DNA of 64,000 nt from an uncultured bacterium (GCA_903894565.1 CAITQP010000007.1:28213-92212); one strand, 5' to 3'; counted from the first letter of the stretch, positions 1 through 9,260 are shown. The notes: generated by a model not told the origin, from the sequence alone. A program made the numbers and translations.

Positions 1-94
1 TCGGTGTAGAAATGGTATTTAATGTTGGTGGAGGAAAACTCCGTAGTTCATCAGAGTTACTTAAGGCATACGAGGACAAAGCATAATGTAAAGT

Positions 95-865
95 ATGAAA
101 ATGCCTGCATCAAAAAAGAACTTAAAACTTGTCGCTTTCGATCTCGACGGAACCCTCGCTGAGAGTAAGTCACAGCTGACAAAAGAGATGGCAGACTTAC
201 TGACTCGCCTACTCGACAAGATGCATGTAGCAATCGTATCAGGCGCTGCGTTTCAACAGTTTGAAAAGCAATTTCTATCCACCTTCAATCCAGAGAGCGA
301 TCATGCCGGGCGCGTGCATATTCTCTCGACCAATGGGGCGAGCTTATATGAATACGATAATTCATGGAACACCCTTCATACAAGTACACTCACGAGTGTC
401 GAAAAGAAAAAAATATTTCAGGCGTTTGACGAGGCGCTCAGTGAAACAGGTTTTGTATACCCAGAAACTATTTACGGAATTTTGATTGAAGACAGAGATT
501 CACAGATTACTTTTTCGGCTTTTGGAAGTGAGGCACCACTTGCACTCAAAGAGGGATGGGATCAGGACCATGCGAAGCGCGAGCGCATCGCGCTCGCGCT
601 TCGCGCCCGTCTCCCTGAATTCTCCGTCCGCATCGGCGGAAGCACCTCGATAGACATCACTGCTCAGGGCGTCGACAAAGCATCTGGTCTCGAACGACTC
701 ATGAACCATCTCGACATCGCCCCGCATGAGCTCCTCTACATTGGTGACGCACTCTTTCCGGGTGGTAACGATGCATCTGTACACAGACTCGGATCACACA
801 CGCTCGAAACGTCAGGACCAGAAGAAACCAAAAAAATTATCAACGATATCCTCAGTGAAGAATAA
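95..865 (+). CDS. HAD-superfamily hydrolase, subfamily IIB (eukaryotic-type phosphomannomutase-like)
   Basis: 256 aa. N-terminal DxDGTL motif (FDLDGTLAES) and C-terminal GDxxxxGGND motif (IGDALFPGGNDA), both typical of HAD-IIB/PMM-type phosphatases. Confidence 0.6.
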   Translation: MKMPASKKNLKLVAFDLDGTLAESKSQLTKEMADLLTRLLDKMHVAIVSGAAFQQFEKQFLSTFNPESDHAGRVHILSTNGASLYEYDNSWNTLHTSTLTSVEKKKIFQAFDEALSETGFVYPETIYGILIEDRDSQITFSAFGSEAPLALKEGWDQDHAKRERIALALRARLPEFSVRIGGSTSIDITAQGVDKASGLERLMNHLDIAPHELLYIGDALFPGGNDASVHRLGSHTLETSGPEETKKIINDILSEE

Positions 866-869
866 CTAT

Positions 870-1217
870 ATGCAATTACATCCAGAAAATACTGAACGAC
901 CATGGGGTATGTTTCGTCTATTTTCCAAAAACACACCTGCGACGATAAAAATAATCTCCGTTAAAAAAGGTGGAGTACTTAGTCTGCAATATCATAATCA
1001 CCGCGAAGAATTTTGGCATATCGTAAGTGGTACACCGCTTGTTGAGATTGGTGAAACAAAAATAACCGCACACAAAGGTGACGAATTTACTATCCAACTC
1101 AAAGAAACACACCGAATCAGTGCTCCCACTGATGATGTCGAGTTTTTAGAAATCTCCCTCGGCGAATTCGACGAGGGAGATATCATTCGCATCAGTGATG
1201 CGTACGGCAGAGCGTAG
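870..1217 (+). CDS. cupin-domain protein, mannose-6-phosphate isomerase type II-like
   Basis: Cupin-type sequence (WG.F......IK...VKKGG.LSLQYH..R.E.W.IV.G). The start was moved to the internal ATG at 870 (MQLHPENTERPWG) because the longer ORF from 726 overlaps the upstream HAD gene. It is adjacent to a PMM-like gene. Confidence 0.5.
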   Translation: MQLHPENTERPWGMFRLFSKNTPATIKIISVKKGGVLSLQYHNHREEFWHIVSGTPLVEIGETKITAHKGDEFTIQLKETHRISAPTDDVEFLEISLGEFDEGDIIRISDAYGRA

Positions 1218-1228
1218 CTCCTACCGAT

Positions 1229-1840
1229 TTATTTCTTTTTCTTTGTAACAGGTTTTGCCTTTGGAGCACTTTTTGCAACTGGCTTTTTTGCGACGATAAC
1301 TACTTTCTTTTTTGCCGGAGCTTTGACTGCAATTTTTTCGATACTTTTTACGGGAGTTTTTTCAACAATTTTTTCAACTGCATCGTACGCCTTTTTCATA
1401 GCAGGAACGACAACTGATTCAACTGATCGAACTGAAGGGTTACTTTCAATCATTTTGATGATGCGCTCAAGTTTTGCGTGCACTGCATTCATCTCTGAAA
1501 CGAGCTTGTCGATACGGCCGTCTGGAGCAGTTGTTTGTGGACGCTGCGCTTGTGTGTGTTCTGCACGTGGAACGAATGCAGGTTTTTCATTGTTACTTGG
1601 GTATGCTCCCTTCTTTTTTCCAAAACAGTCTTTACAGTAAACTGGCTTCGATCCGTTTGGACGAAATGGAACCTCACAGGTATTGTTACATTCTGAACAC
1701 ACGGCACGATGAAGCACTTCACGGCGCTCGCCGCGTTCGCCACTATCGCGATTGCTCGAATACTTGTTGTATCCACCGCCGAACCCTTGTCCTCCGTCAC
1801 GATCACGTCCTTGTCCGCTTGGTCTTCGAAAATCTTTCAT
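1229..1840 (-). CDS. zinc-ribbon protein (CxxC-x17-CxxC type) with Gly/Arg-rich N-terminus and Lys/Ala-rich histone H1-like C-terminal tail
   Basis: Motif CSECNNTCEVPFRPNGSKPVYCKDCF, an RGG/GGY-rich N-terminus, and a C-terminal AKKPVAKSAPKAKPVTKKKK tail. Confidence 0.5.
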   Translation of the reverse strand: MKDFRRPSGQGRDRDGGQGFGGGYNKYSSNRDSGERGERREVLHRAVCSECNNTCEVPFRPNGSKPVYCKDCFGKKKGAYPSNNEKPAFVPRAEHTQAQRPQTTAPDGRIDKLVSEMNAVHAKLERIIKMIESNPSVRSVESVVVPAMKKAYDAVEKIVEKTPVKSIEKIAVKAPAKKKVVIVAKKPVAKSAPKAKPVTKKKK

Positions 1841-1925
1841 AAAACTTCAATAGGTTATATTAGTAGTGTCCCTCGAGCTTAGTGGTTTATGGCCCAAAAA
1901 GCAATAGCTAGAACAGTTTTGTGTC

Positions 1926-2162
1926 CTACGCGCGGAAATTTTCAATACTTCCGCCATCGGTCACACGGGCGAATCCTGCCTGCTCCATGAGCGAGCACGC
2001 CATCATTGAACGATTGCCTGATTCACAAAAAAGCGTGATCTCTGCGTCCTTCGGTACGTCAGGAAATACTCCCTGCATCATGTCCATAATGTCATGATGG
2101 AGCGCTCCGGCGACCGATCCCATATCATGTTCCCCCTTTGTCCGCACATCGATATATACCAT
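1926..2162 (-). CDS. rhodanese-like single-domain sulfurtransferase
   Basis: 78 aa with the active-site loop CESGNRS (CxxGxR) in a rhodanese-fold context. Confidence 0.6.
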   Translation of the reverse strand: MVYIDVRTKGEHDMGSVAGALHHDIMDMMQGVFPDVPKDAEITLFCESGNRSMMACSLMEQAGFARVTDGGSIENFRA

Positions 2163-2190
2163 GATTATGAGTATACACGAGATATAGGAT

Positions 2191-2221
2191 TTGACAAGAT
2201 AGCATTAAGGTGCTTTAATAT
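2191..2221 (+). promoter_or_regulatory. putative sigma70-type promoter (TTGACA ... TAATAT) upstream of the 2260 ORF
   Basis: TTGACA at 2191, then a TTTAAT/TAATAT box 17-19 nt downstream. A GGGG ribosome-binding site sits 6 nt before the ATG at 2260. Confidence 0.3.
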
Positions 2222-2259
2222 ATTTAACCCGAAGATTTAAAACCAAAAAAGGGGCAATT

Positions 2260-2547
2260 ATGGACTACATAGTAGAAACAAACCAACGGTATCGTCTCAA
2301 AACCGCCAGAGAAAAGGTTGAACAGGCCTTTTTAGACAAAGAAAGTATGTGTGCTACACACGTACAATCAAAGCCAGGAACGTTCACGGTTATTCTCCAA
2401 GTTGGGAGTAACTATAAAAAACTTTCTCAAGAGGCCGAGGAAGTGTTCGTGAAGACTTTCAATTGTCCTAAGGGCAGTTTGAAGCCGACACAACACGTCA
2501 ATACGTTTCGTATTGATATAAACTCATGGCTTAGCCAAAAAGTTTAA
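2260..2547 (+). CDS. hypothetical protein (95 aa)
   Basis: ORF with a GGGG Shine-Dalgarno sequence and an upstream promoter-like element. No recognisable domain. Confidence 0.4.
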   Translation: MDYIVETNQRYRLKTAREKVEQAFLDKESMCATHVQSKPGTFTVILQVGSNYKKLSQEAEEVFVKTFNCPKGSLKPTQHVNTFRIDINSWLSQKV

Positions 2548-2630
2548 AAAGTTGAGGGTGATTTATCGCCCTCCTTATCTAGATCAGAATCCAAGATTGT
2601 GATCTGAATAAGGAGTACCACTTCCCCGAG

Positions 2631-3569
2631 CTATGTGTTCGACGCGCGAACAATATCATCGAGTGCTTGATCAGCATTTGAAAATTCGTGGGCGAATCCA
2701 GCATCGTGCAATTTGTGTGAATCAGTATTCTGACTTCCAACGAGCGCTTGAGCGAATTCGCCAATCACAATACGCGCAACAAAATATGGAATCCTCCACA
2801 AGAATGGCGCATGGATTGATTTTTGTAATGCACAAAACAATTCTTTTTGCGTGGGCGTATTTCCCGCACCGACATTCACTGGACCCGAAATCTCCGTATC
2901 GAGCGCAAACAAATACACACGAACAATATCTTTCCAATGAATCCATGGCATGCGCTGTGCGCCACTACCGAAATATCCACCGAGTCCTTTTTTGAAAAGT
3001 GGTGTGAGTGCTGTAAGCAATCCTCCCGGACCAAGTACGTTGGCTGTTCTTATGCAGACGACACGCACTCCAAAAGATTCCGCTTTCAGAGCTTCCGCTT
3101 CCCAGTCACGACAAAGTTCGGCCAAAAAATCCGTTCCGCACTCATGACCTTCCTGAAGTAATTCTTCTTTGCAGTCACCATAGAACCCAGACGCTGAAGC
3201 ATTCACGAGAACTTTTGGTTTCGTCTCAAGTTGTCCAATCAATGCGACAAGTTTTCGAGTCGTCGCTACGCGACTCTCGTACATCACTTTTTTGTACCCG
3301 CGAGTCCAGCGCTTGCTGATTGGAGCTCCGGCAAGATTGATGACAGCATCGCATTCCCGAATGATATGTAAATCAATACTGTCTTTCGCAAAATCCACAT
3401 GAAAATAACCGACACGAGAATCTTTCACTCGAGGCGGTACAATATCGGCGATCACTACATGGCTACCAGCTTGAAGCAAGACTTCAGCTAGCTTTGTGCC
3501 AATGAATCCCGAACCTCCAACAATAAGTACCTGTTTGGGCTCTTTAATCATCATTTTGCTCTTCCCCAC
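2631..3569 (-). CDS. TIGR01777/YfcH-family NAD-dependent epimerase/dehydratase (DUF1731 C-terminus)
   Basis: N-terminal Rossmann GxxGxxG (VGGSGFIGTKL) with the YfcH-type architecture. The start may instead be the internal ATG at 3554 (MMIKEP). Confidence 0.6.
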   Translation of the reverse strand: MGKSKMMIKEPKQVLIVGGSGFIGTKLAEVLLQAGSHVVIADIVPPRVKDSRVGYFHVDFAKDSIDLHIIRECDAVINLAGAPISKRWTRGYKKVMYESRVATTRKLVALIGQLETKPKVLVNASASGFYGDCKEELLQEGHECGTDFLAELCRDWEAEALKAESFGVRVVCIRTANVLGPGGLLTALTPLFKKGLGGYFGSGAQRMPWIHWKDIVRVYLFALDTEISGPVNVGAGNTPTQKELFCALQKSIHAPFLWRIPYFVARIVIGEFAQALVGSQNTDSHKLHDAGFAHEFSNADQALDDIVRASNT

Positions 3570-3816
3570 GTTCGTGTACTGGGCGTGTCTGAGGTACCGG
3601 TGTAATTTTAGGCTTTGTTACAACAGACTTCTTTGCTAATGATGCTGTCTTCGAAGGAAGACTGGTTTTTTGCGATGCAACTGGTAGCGGGGCTTGATAG
3701 ACTGTATCCTGATTTGAATCAGCCAACTGCCGAGCAACGGGGATTCCAATCAAAATACCCAGCATTAATACTGATCCTGTAATAAACACAATTTCTTTTT
3801 TGATGAATGTAAGCAT
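3544..3816 (-). CDS. hypothetical membrane-anchored protein
   Basis: N-terminal transmembrane helix (FITGSVLMLGILIGIPV) followed by a Pro/Thr/Lys-rich tail. Confidence 0.35.
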   Translation of the reverse strand: MLTFIKKEIVFITGSVLMLGILIGIPVARQLADSNQDTVYQAPLPVASQKTSLPSKTASLAKKSVVTKPKITPVPQTRPVHERGEEQNDD

Positions 3817-3819
3817 AAA

Positions 3820-4461
3820 TTATTTTTTTTGAACTCCCCATGTCTCTTTAACAAAAAAATCGACGCCATCTGAAATCATTTGAATGCACGCAGCATTTTG
3901 AATTGATGAAAAAGAAAATTCCCGTCTCTCGATATACCCAATTCGAACCAAAAACATGTATAAACATCCCCCGTGTGTTACTACAGCGACATTCTTCGCA
4001 GGATACGCGAGCGCAATCTCGCGAAGTTGCAAAAGTAGCCGTGTCGTTAATTCTGCGTCATTCTCAATATCAGCAATTCTAAACGTGTCCTGTTCGCTCG
4101 GACACAAAAGATCACGTTCCGCTAATTTGTCTTTCAACTGCTTTTGGTATTCCTCATAATGCACGCCTTCAAAGCTTCCGTGGTTGCGCTCACGTAATAG
4201 CCTCGAAGCTTGCACAACAATTTCTCGATCCAATTTTATAATCTCAGCAGTCTGAACTGCTCGACTAGAATCAGATGAAAAGATAGCATCAAAATGAATG
4301 TCGGCAAGTGTATTCGCTCTCTCTGTTACCTGAGCAATACCAAGAGCTGTAAGTGGCGAATCAGCATGACCTTGTATGAGCTGTTTTACATTCCACTCAG
4401 TCTCACCATGACGAATAAGATACAGAGTGCAGTAGGTGTTCGTATCGAGAGTTTTCTCCAT
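3820..4461 (-). CDS. histidine phosphatase family protein (phosphoglycerate mutase-like)
   Basis: RHGETEWN catalytic motif, and a downstream histidine (VTHGG) typical of the branch-1 histidine phosphatase family. Confidence 0.7.
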   Translation of the reverse strand: MEKTLDTNTYCTLYLIRHGETEWNVKQLIQGHADSPLTALGIAQVTERANTLADIHFDAIFSSDSSRAVQTAEIIKLDREIVVQASRLLRERNHGSFEGVHYEEYQKQLKDKLAERDLLCPSEQDTFRIADIENDAELTTRLLLQLREIALAYPAKNVAVVTHGGCLYMFLVRIGYIERREFSFSSIQNAACIQMISDGVDFFVKETWGVQKK

Positions 4462-4474
4462 GATTGGTATTCTA

Positions 4475-4894
4475 CTACCAACTGCCGATAATTGCCCCCA
4501 TCGCTACCATAACGACGAGCGAACAACCGGCCTCAAAGAGCCACAATCGAATACTGCGACCCATCCAAAGAACCTCGATCGAACTTGATGGCACCAAAAA
4601 ACCGACCCACACCAACACTGCAGTCATGATGCCTGTCCAAACACCTAATCCACCAGAAAGTGGTGACGTCGAGACAAATCGATATATCACGGCAAGCACT
4701 AATGCAGTGACGATATTTGAAACCAAATTCCCCACCATTTGAGGAATCATATCCGACAATTTTTCATTTCCTGTTGGATGGATGTTTGCAAGCTTCATCC
4801 ACAACTTTCCGAGTAGTGGTCCATGAAACATAAATCCAAGAACAAAGGCGACGACCGCTGATACAAGCACTGCAAAAATATTGATTGAAATCAT
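4475..4894 (-). CDS. small multi-pass membrane protein (DUF1761-like)
   Basis: 139 aa with four predicted hydrophobic helices; composition resembles DUF1761. Confidence 0.4.
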   Translation of the reverse strand: MISINIFAVLVSAVVAFVLGFMFHGPLLGKLWMKLANIHPTGNEKLSDMIPQMVGNLVSNIVTALVLAVIYRFVSTSPLSGGLGVWTGIMTAVLVWVGFLVPSSSIEVLWMGRSIRLWLFEAGCSLVVMVAMGAIIGSW

Positions 4895-4909
4895 ATAGTT
4901 ATGAGTATA

Positions 4910-5770
4910 CTATTTCCCCTGTTTTTTCTTAACAGGAGCCAATTTGCGGCTCGTACGTATTTCACGTTTTTCTCCGGTAACTTCTGTTGTGTAGAATTTC
5001 TCGCTGAGAAGACTGATGACTTTGCCGATATCGGTATTGTTTATGAGAGCAATCTTTCCACTTTCAATTTCAAGACCCAAATCATACTGCATCGCATAGG
5101 TGAGATATTTTCCATAGGTCATTGGGTCATTGAGATCAATCGTCTTGTCGAGAACGATAGACACGATCTTGCGTCTATTCCCGAGTCCGATCACATCACT
5201 ACTCATCTCTGCTTGTAGTTCGAACATCGGACTTGAGAGGAAGGCATTCGTGCCTTCCTCAGTAATTTGTTTGTACATTTTGTGAATCCCTGGGAAGAGC
5301 GATCGGATGAATGTGAATTTTTTGAAATAGAGTAGTGATCCGTTCCAGTATGCATCGACTTGTCCAGTAAGCACGAGTGTATTCCCTTGTTGTACGACTT
5401 CAGGTTTCTCGTTGAATGCAATATATTTTTGTGAACGTGCGACCTGACGCGAAGTGACTTTGGTAAACAAAATTTCAACTCCTCCGACCGCATAGAGCGC
5501 TTTGATTTCCGTGTAGTGATCAGGACTAATCATATCGAGGAGAGCGCCGCTACTCTCGGAAACATATCCGCCAAGCATTTCCTCTTTTTCTTCTTCGGTG
5601 AGCACGACAAAATACCACTCACCTTCTGCGAGTGCTCGTGTGTCTACCTCAAACGGTATGGCAAGGGTGATTTTTGGGATTTTGTAGACATCTTTGAGTC
5701 CCTCAATCTCAGCATCCGGAAATACCGTTACATTTTGGTCGTTCTTCAGTTTGGCAATAATTTTTTTCAT
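4910..5770 (-). CDS. hypothetical protein (286 aa)
   Basis: Long ORF with no recognisable motif. First gene of a same-strand three-gene cluster with 5856..6386 and 6431..6913. Confidence 0.5.
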   Translation of the reverse strand: MKKIIAKLKNDQNVTVFPDAEIEGLKDVYKIPKITLAIPFEVDTRALAEGEWYFVVLTEEEKEEMLGGYVSESSGALLDMISPDHYTEIKALYAVGGVEILFTKVTSRQVARSQKYIAFNEKPEVVQQGNTLVLTGQVDAYWNGSLLYFKKFTFIRSLFPGIHKMYKQITEEGTNAFLSSPMFELQAEMSSDVIGLGNRRKIVSIVLDKTIDLNDPMTYGKYLTYAMQYDLGLEIESGKIALINNTDIGKVISLLSEKFYTTEVTGEKREIRTSRKLAPVKKKQGK

Positions 5771-5855
5771 ATTTTTTGTTTTGAAGGCCTATTATATACT
5801 ATCGCATCATCACAAAACAGCACGGCCGATTGGGCGTGCTGTTTTCTCTATTGCA

Positions 5856-6386
5856 CTATTTATTTTTATTTCCTCCACGAAACCATCGTTGCACTACCAT
5901 CTTGCCTTTTAGCACATTGAGGATATCTTGTACTTTTTTTGCTTCGAAAAATCCTTTTTTGTCATTCTCATCAAGAGAATCCCATTGTCCAAGTGATTTC
6001 GAGTTTTGAGCCTCTTCAAAAATTTCCTCGGCATCCATCTTAATCTTGTCAACCTTCAATAATTCAGCCCAGCGCTTCTTGTTAGATTTTTCAACATTTT
6101 CGTGAGCATTGTCATCCTTACCGAGGGTAACATCTCTTTGAAAACGCTTAAAATGCTCATCGTGAATTTCGTTATAAATAGCGTCGATCTCTTCAGGAGA
6201 AACCCCTGCCTCTATGTCCTTTATCTCTCGATGCAAGGAGTCTTCTGCTTCAACATCGCCTAATGTAACATCCTCAACATCTGTAGTCGAATCCGGTACA
6301 AAGGGAACATATTCTGCATTTAATTCATTCGGAGACGCAACATATTTATGCCCTCGCCATATCTTCTGAGGATTTTCATTCATCAT
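5856..6386 (-). CDS. hypothetical acidic protein (176 aa)
   Basis: Asp/Glu-rich ORF with no recognisable domain. Confidence 0.45.
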   Translation of the reverse strand: MMNENPQKIWRGHKYVASPNELNAEYVPFVPDSTTDVEDVTLGDVEAEDSLHREIKDIEAGVSPEEIDAIYNEIHDEHFKRFQRDVTLGKDDNAHENVEKSNKKRWAELLKVDKIKMDAEEIFEEAQNSKSLGQWDSLDENDKKGFFEAKKVQDILNVLKGKMVVQRWFRGGNKNK

Positions 6387-6430
6387 GCCTAAAAGTATAT
6401 CAAATTACACAACAACCTAAAAATCTATCT

Positions 6431-6913
6431 TTATGGTTTGAGGTATCGTTTTGGCACATAATGTTCGCGCACAACGAGCCACAAAATGATGACATCCATC
6501 AGGATGAAGAGCGAGAGTGATAGTGAATAGCTCACGATCACGCAATATATTTCATACAAGAGCAGTCCCCCGAACCCAATGACCGCAACAGGAAACGACC
6601 ACTTTTTCTTAAAGTACAATCCAAAGATGATACCAAGCTTGATGATGCCGTGAGAGAGTAAATAAAATACGATAAAAAATTTGCTTGCTGCGGAGAGCTG
6701 AGTCACACCGCTCATGAGCAGATTCGACATGAAATCTCTCGGCATTTCTGTGAGTTCACCATGAGCAATCGTAAGTACAAACGTCGTTATCGCATTTGTA
6801 CTGATGAAATAAAAGAGAACCCCTGCAACAATCTCCAAAAAAGCCTGTAGGGCTTTCAGGAATAGGCCAATTTCATAAACAACGAATATTCTTTTTTCCT
6901 CGATTATTTTCAT
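6431..6913 (-). CDS. hypothetical integral membrane protein (160 aa)
   Basis: Four hydrophobic segments. Confidence 0.5.
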   Translation of the reverse strand: MKIIEEKRIFVVYEIGLFLKALQAFLEIVAGVLFYFISTNAITTFVLTIAHGELTEMPRDFMSNLLMSGVTQLSAASKFFIVFYLLSHGIIKLGIIFGLYFKKKWSFPVAVIGFGGLLLYEIYCVIVSYSLSLSLFILMDVIILWLVVREHYVPKRYLKP

Positions 6914-7066
6914 TTAATCTAAAATATCTATTTCTTAACGACTTTGCATTACCCCATGAGAGTGCAAGCACCAAAAATATATCCGGCTGTCAGAAGGACA
7001 ATGATCAAAAACGAAAGATAAACCTTTTTCATAGTACGATTATACCAAATTAAAAAAATCATCCCG

Positions 7067-7105
7067 AATAAAAAAGATTGCCAGGTAACATTTGCTACCT
7101 GGCAA
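7067..7105 (-). terminator. rho-independent terminator downstream of the NHL-repeat gene
   Basis: Inverted repeat TTGCCAGGTA / TACCTGGCAA (7078-7105) with an 8-nt loop, followed on the minus strand by TCTTTTTTATT. Confidence 0.5.
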
Positions 7106-7143
7106 TCAATGAACTATCGTACAAATTACTTACTCAAACGAAT

Positions 7144-8406
7144 TTATTTAATTATCGTAATTTGTTTTCGAACAAGCACTCTTCCGGACTTTGTCCCTAC
7201 GAGGGTATAAATATATGCTCCATTCGGAAGATTCTCATCCAAATAGTGATTTTTATTTTCAACCCACACAACCGCGCCCCTGAGGTCATAGACGATTATG
7301 GTACCTTCCTCTGCTGACTCTTGAGGCAGCACGGGGACAGCCGTTGGATCGTGCACGACTTTTCGCACACGATCATTCTCCACATCACAGATGTAGAAGT
7401 CGCCAGCTTCATCATACGCAATACCGCGAACGGCATTTATCCGTGCATCTGTTGCAGGACCTCCGTCTCCACCGTAACCGCTCACGCCAGTACCAACAAA
7501 TGCTGTGATAACACCTGACAGGTGTATCGTCCTGATTTCTGCATTTCCGCCGTCGGAAACAGAAATGTCTCCATTACGTGCGTTATACGCAAGATAGACC
7601 GGAGTCTCAAACTCAGCGCCAGTAGCAGGCCCACCATTGCCACTAGTACCAAATGTACCCGTTCCCGCAAGCGTAGTAATAATGCCATCCGTGCTTACCT
7701 TTCTGATTTTTATGTCACTCAAATCAGCAACGTAGATGTTTCCATTCTGGTCCGCACATAGACCACAGGGAGACATCAACTCTCCGTTCGTCGCAGGGCC
7801 ACCATCTCCGCTCGAACCAAAAACACCGGTCCCAGCAATAGTTGTGATAATTCCAAATGTATCAACTTTCCGGATACGATGGTGTCCGCAATCAGAGATA
7901 AACAAATTTCCCGTGTTATCAAAACACAGGCCGTTAATCGTGTTAAATTGCGCATTTGTTGCAGCTCCACCATCGCCGAGAGTGCTCCCTGGAGCATTCC
8001 CAGCAATAGTTGTGATAATTCCAAATGTATCAATTTTCCTAACTACATTATCGTCAGCAACGACGAGACTCCCCTTAGCATCAACAGTGAGGGTGTAGAT
8101 ATTGCTCATGCCCGCATTTGTTGCGGGGCCACCATCGCCGCTCGATACGCTTGATCCATTCCCAGCAATAGTTGTAACAATTCCAGATCTTGTTATTTTC
8201 CTAATTTTAAATGTGTAGGGATCTGAAAAATATACATTTCCGTTATACACGGAAACATCTCCGGGCGCAGTAATTTTCGCCCGAGTGGCTAGACCTCCGT
8301 CGCCACTGTACCCACGCACGCCGGTACCAGCAATCGTGCTGATATTTTGTGCATTCGCATTAATAGTGGACAAAACAAGGAGCGCCACCATAAGAACTTT
8401 CTTCAT
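7144..8406 (-). CDS. secreted NHL-repeat beta-propeller protein with C-terminal T9SS-type (Por secretion C-terminal) sorting domain
   Basis: Signal peptide MKKVLMVALLVLSTINANAQ. Repeated SGDGGPAT/NHL-like blades (IRKIDTFGIITTIAGN and IRKVDTFGIITTIAGT). The C-terminus IIVYDLRGAVVWVEN...LPNGAYIYTLV...K matches the T9SS C-terminal domain consensus. Confidence 0.65.
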   Translation of the reverse strand: MKKVLMVALLVLSTINANAQNISTIAGTGVRGYSGDGGLATRAKITAPGDVSVYNGNVYFSDPYTFKIRKITRSGIVTTIAGNGSSVSSGDGGPATNAGMSNIYTLTVDAKGSLVVADDNVVRKIDTFGIITTIAGNAPGSTLGDGGAATNAQFNTINGLCFDNTGNLFISDCGHHRIRKVDTFGIITTIAGTGVFGSSGDGGPATNGELMSPCGLCADQNGNIYVADLSDIKIRKVSTDGIITTLAGTGTFGTSGNGGPATGAEFETPVYLAYNARNGDISVSDGGNAEIRTIHLSGVITAFVGTGVSGYGGDGGPATDARINAVRGIAYDEAGDFYICDVENDRVRKVVHDPTAVPVLPQESAEEGTIIVYDLRGAVVWVENKNHYLDENLPNGAYIYTLVGTKSGRVLVRKQITIIK

Positions 8407-8562
8407 AATCCGTTTTTTTTGATTTGCCTACTTTTTGAAAGTTTCGGGTTTCGGCATTTTCCCTTGTGAATGAATTGTTTTTTTCAATTTCCACACTACT
8501 GATTAAATCGTGATCTGTCAACGAATAATTAAAGAAGCCTCAGATTCTGGTATACTAGAAAA

Positions 8563-9255
8563 ATGTGGAAAAAAGGAAATGAGACTCAAACGAGCGACGA
8601 CACCCAACAACTTATCCAATCAGCGGGGCTAACCACGGATCGCATTCAGGCGCTCGGAGACAGCATTTTTGCCTTTGCGATGACACTACTTGTGTTGAAC
8701 TTTCGCCTACCAACGGTAGCTGAGCCACTCGCTACCGCGGGACATGTATTATTCGGACTCATTCCGCAATTCATCATTTATGTACTCTCGTTCATCGGTC
8801 TTGGAGTTTTGTGGGTCGCGCACCACAATCAATACAACTGGATCCAACGATCCAATCGTACTTTTCTTTGGATAAACATTTTCTTTTTCATGTTCATCGT
8901 TCTTGTCCCCTTTTTCACCGACTTACTCGCGACATACCCTGCCGATATTTTGGCGGTCATTTTTTACGGGCTCAATCTCGTTGTGTGTACGAGCATTCTA
9001 TATCTTCATTGGTGGTATGCGACAAACAAACAGACGCTTGTGGTAACAAACGCAACAGAGGCCATCATCTTTCGTTTCAAATCACGTATGAGTTTCTCTA
9101 TCGGAAGCGATCTTTTGGCTTTGATCGTCTCCTTCCTTTCAATTCGTACTGGAGTCTTCATGCTTATCTTGACTCAAATACTCAGCATCGTGCCGTCAGT
9201 CGTGATTGATAAGCTGATCATTGCACGACATTCATTCCGCAAGGAAAATGCCTAG
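8563..9255 (+). CDS. TMEM175/DUF1211-family membrane protein (putative K+ channel)
   Basis: Signature R..ALGDSIFAFAMTLLVL (RxxxFSDGxxAFAxTLLV-type) followed by multiple transmembrane helices. Confidence 0.55.
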   Translation: MWKKGNETQTSDDTQQLIQSAGLTTDRIQALGDSIFAFAMTLLVLNFRLPTVAEPLATAGHVLFGLIPQFIIYVLSFIGLGVLWVAHHNQYNWIQRSNRTFLWINIFFFMFIVLVPFFTDLLATYPADILAVIFYGLNLVVCTSILYLHWWYATNKQTLVVTNATEAIIFRFKSRMSFSIGSDLLALIVSFLSIRTGVFMLILTQILSIVPSVVIDKLIIARHSFRKENA

Positions 9256-9260
9256 AGCGA

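Noticed and set aside
726-869. N-terminal extension of the cupin ORF, which the track lists as starting at 726
   Set aside because: It overlaps the 3' end of the upstream HAD gene in another frame. The internal ATG at 870 gives a normal cupin N-terminus.
4910-5770. Assignment of the 286-aa protein to DUF4868/KwaB (Kiwa)
   Set aside because: This was only a size and architecture hunch. I cannot recall diagnostic motifs to support it from sequence alone.
6949-7032. 27-aa hydrophobic micro-ORF (MKKVYLSFLIIVLLTAGYIFGACTLMG) between the membrane-protein gene and the NHL gene terminator
   Set aside because: It is below the size where coding can be judged from sequence alone. It could be a small membrane peptide, but there is no supporting ribosome-binding site or conservation evidence.
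7144-8406. Inference that the whole genome is Bacteroidota because of the T9SS-type C-terminal domain and the ANAQ signal peptide
   Set aside because: Promoters are classical sigma70 TTGACA-N17-TATAAT rather than the Bacteroidota TTTG/TAnnTTTG type. A secretin-less T4P locus and many CPR-like small proteins argue otherwise. Horizontal transfer of this one gene is more likely.
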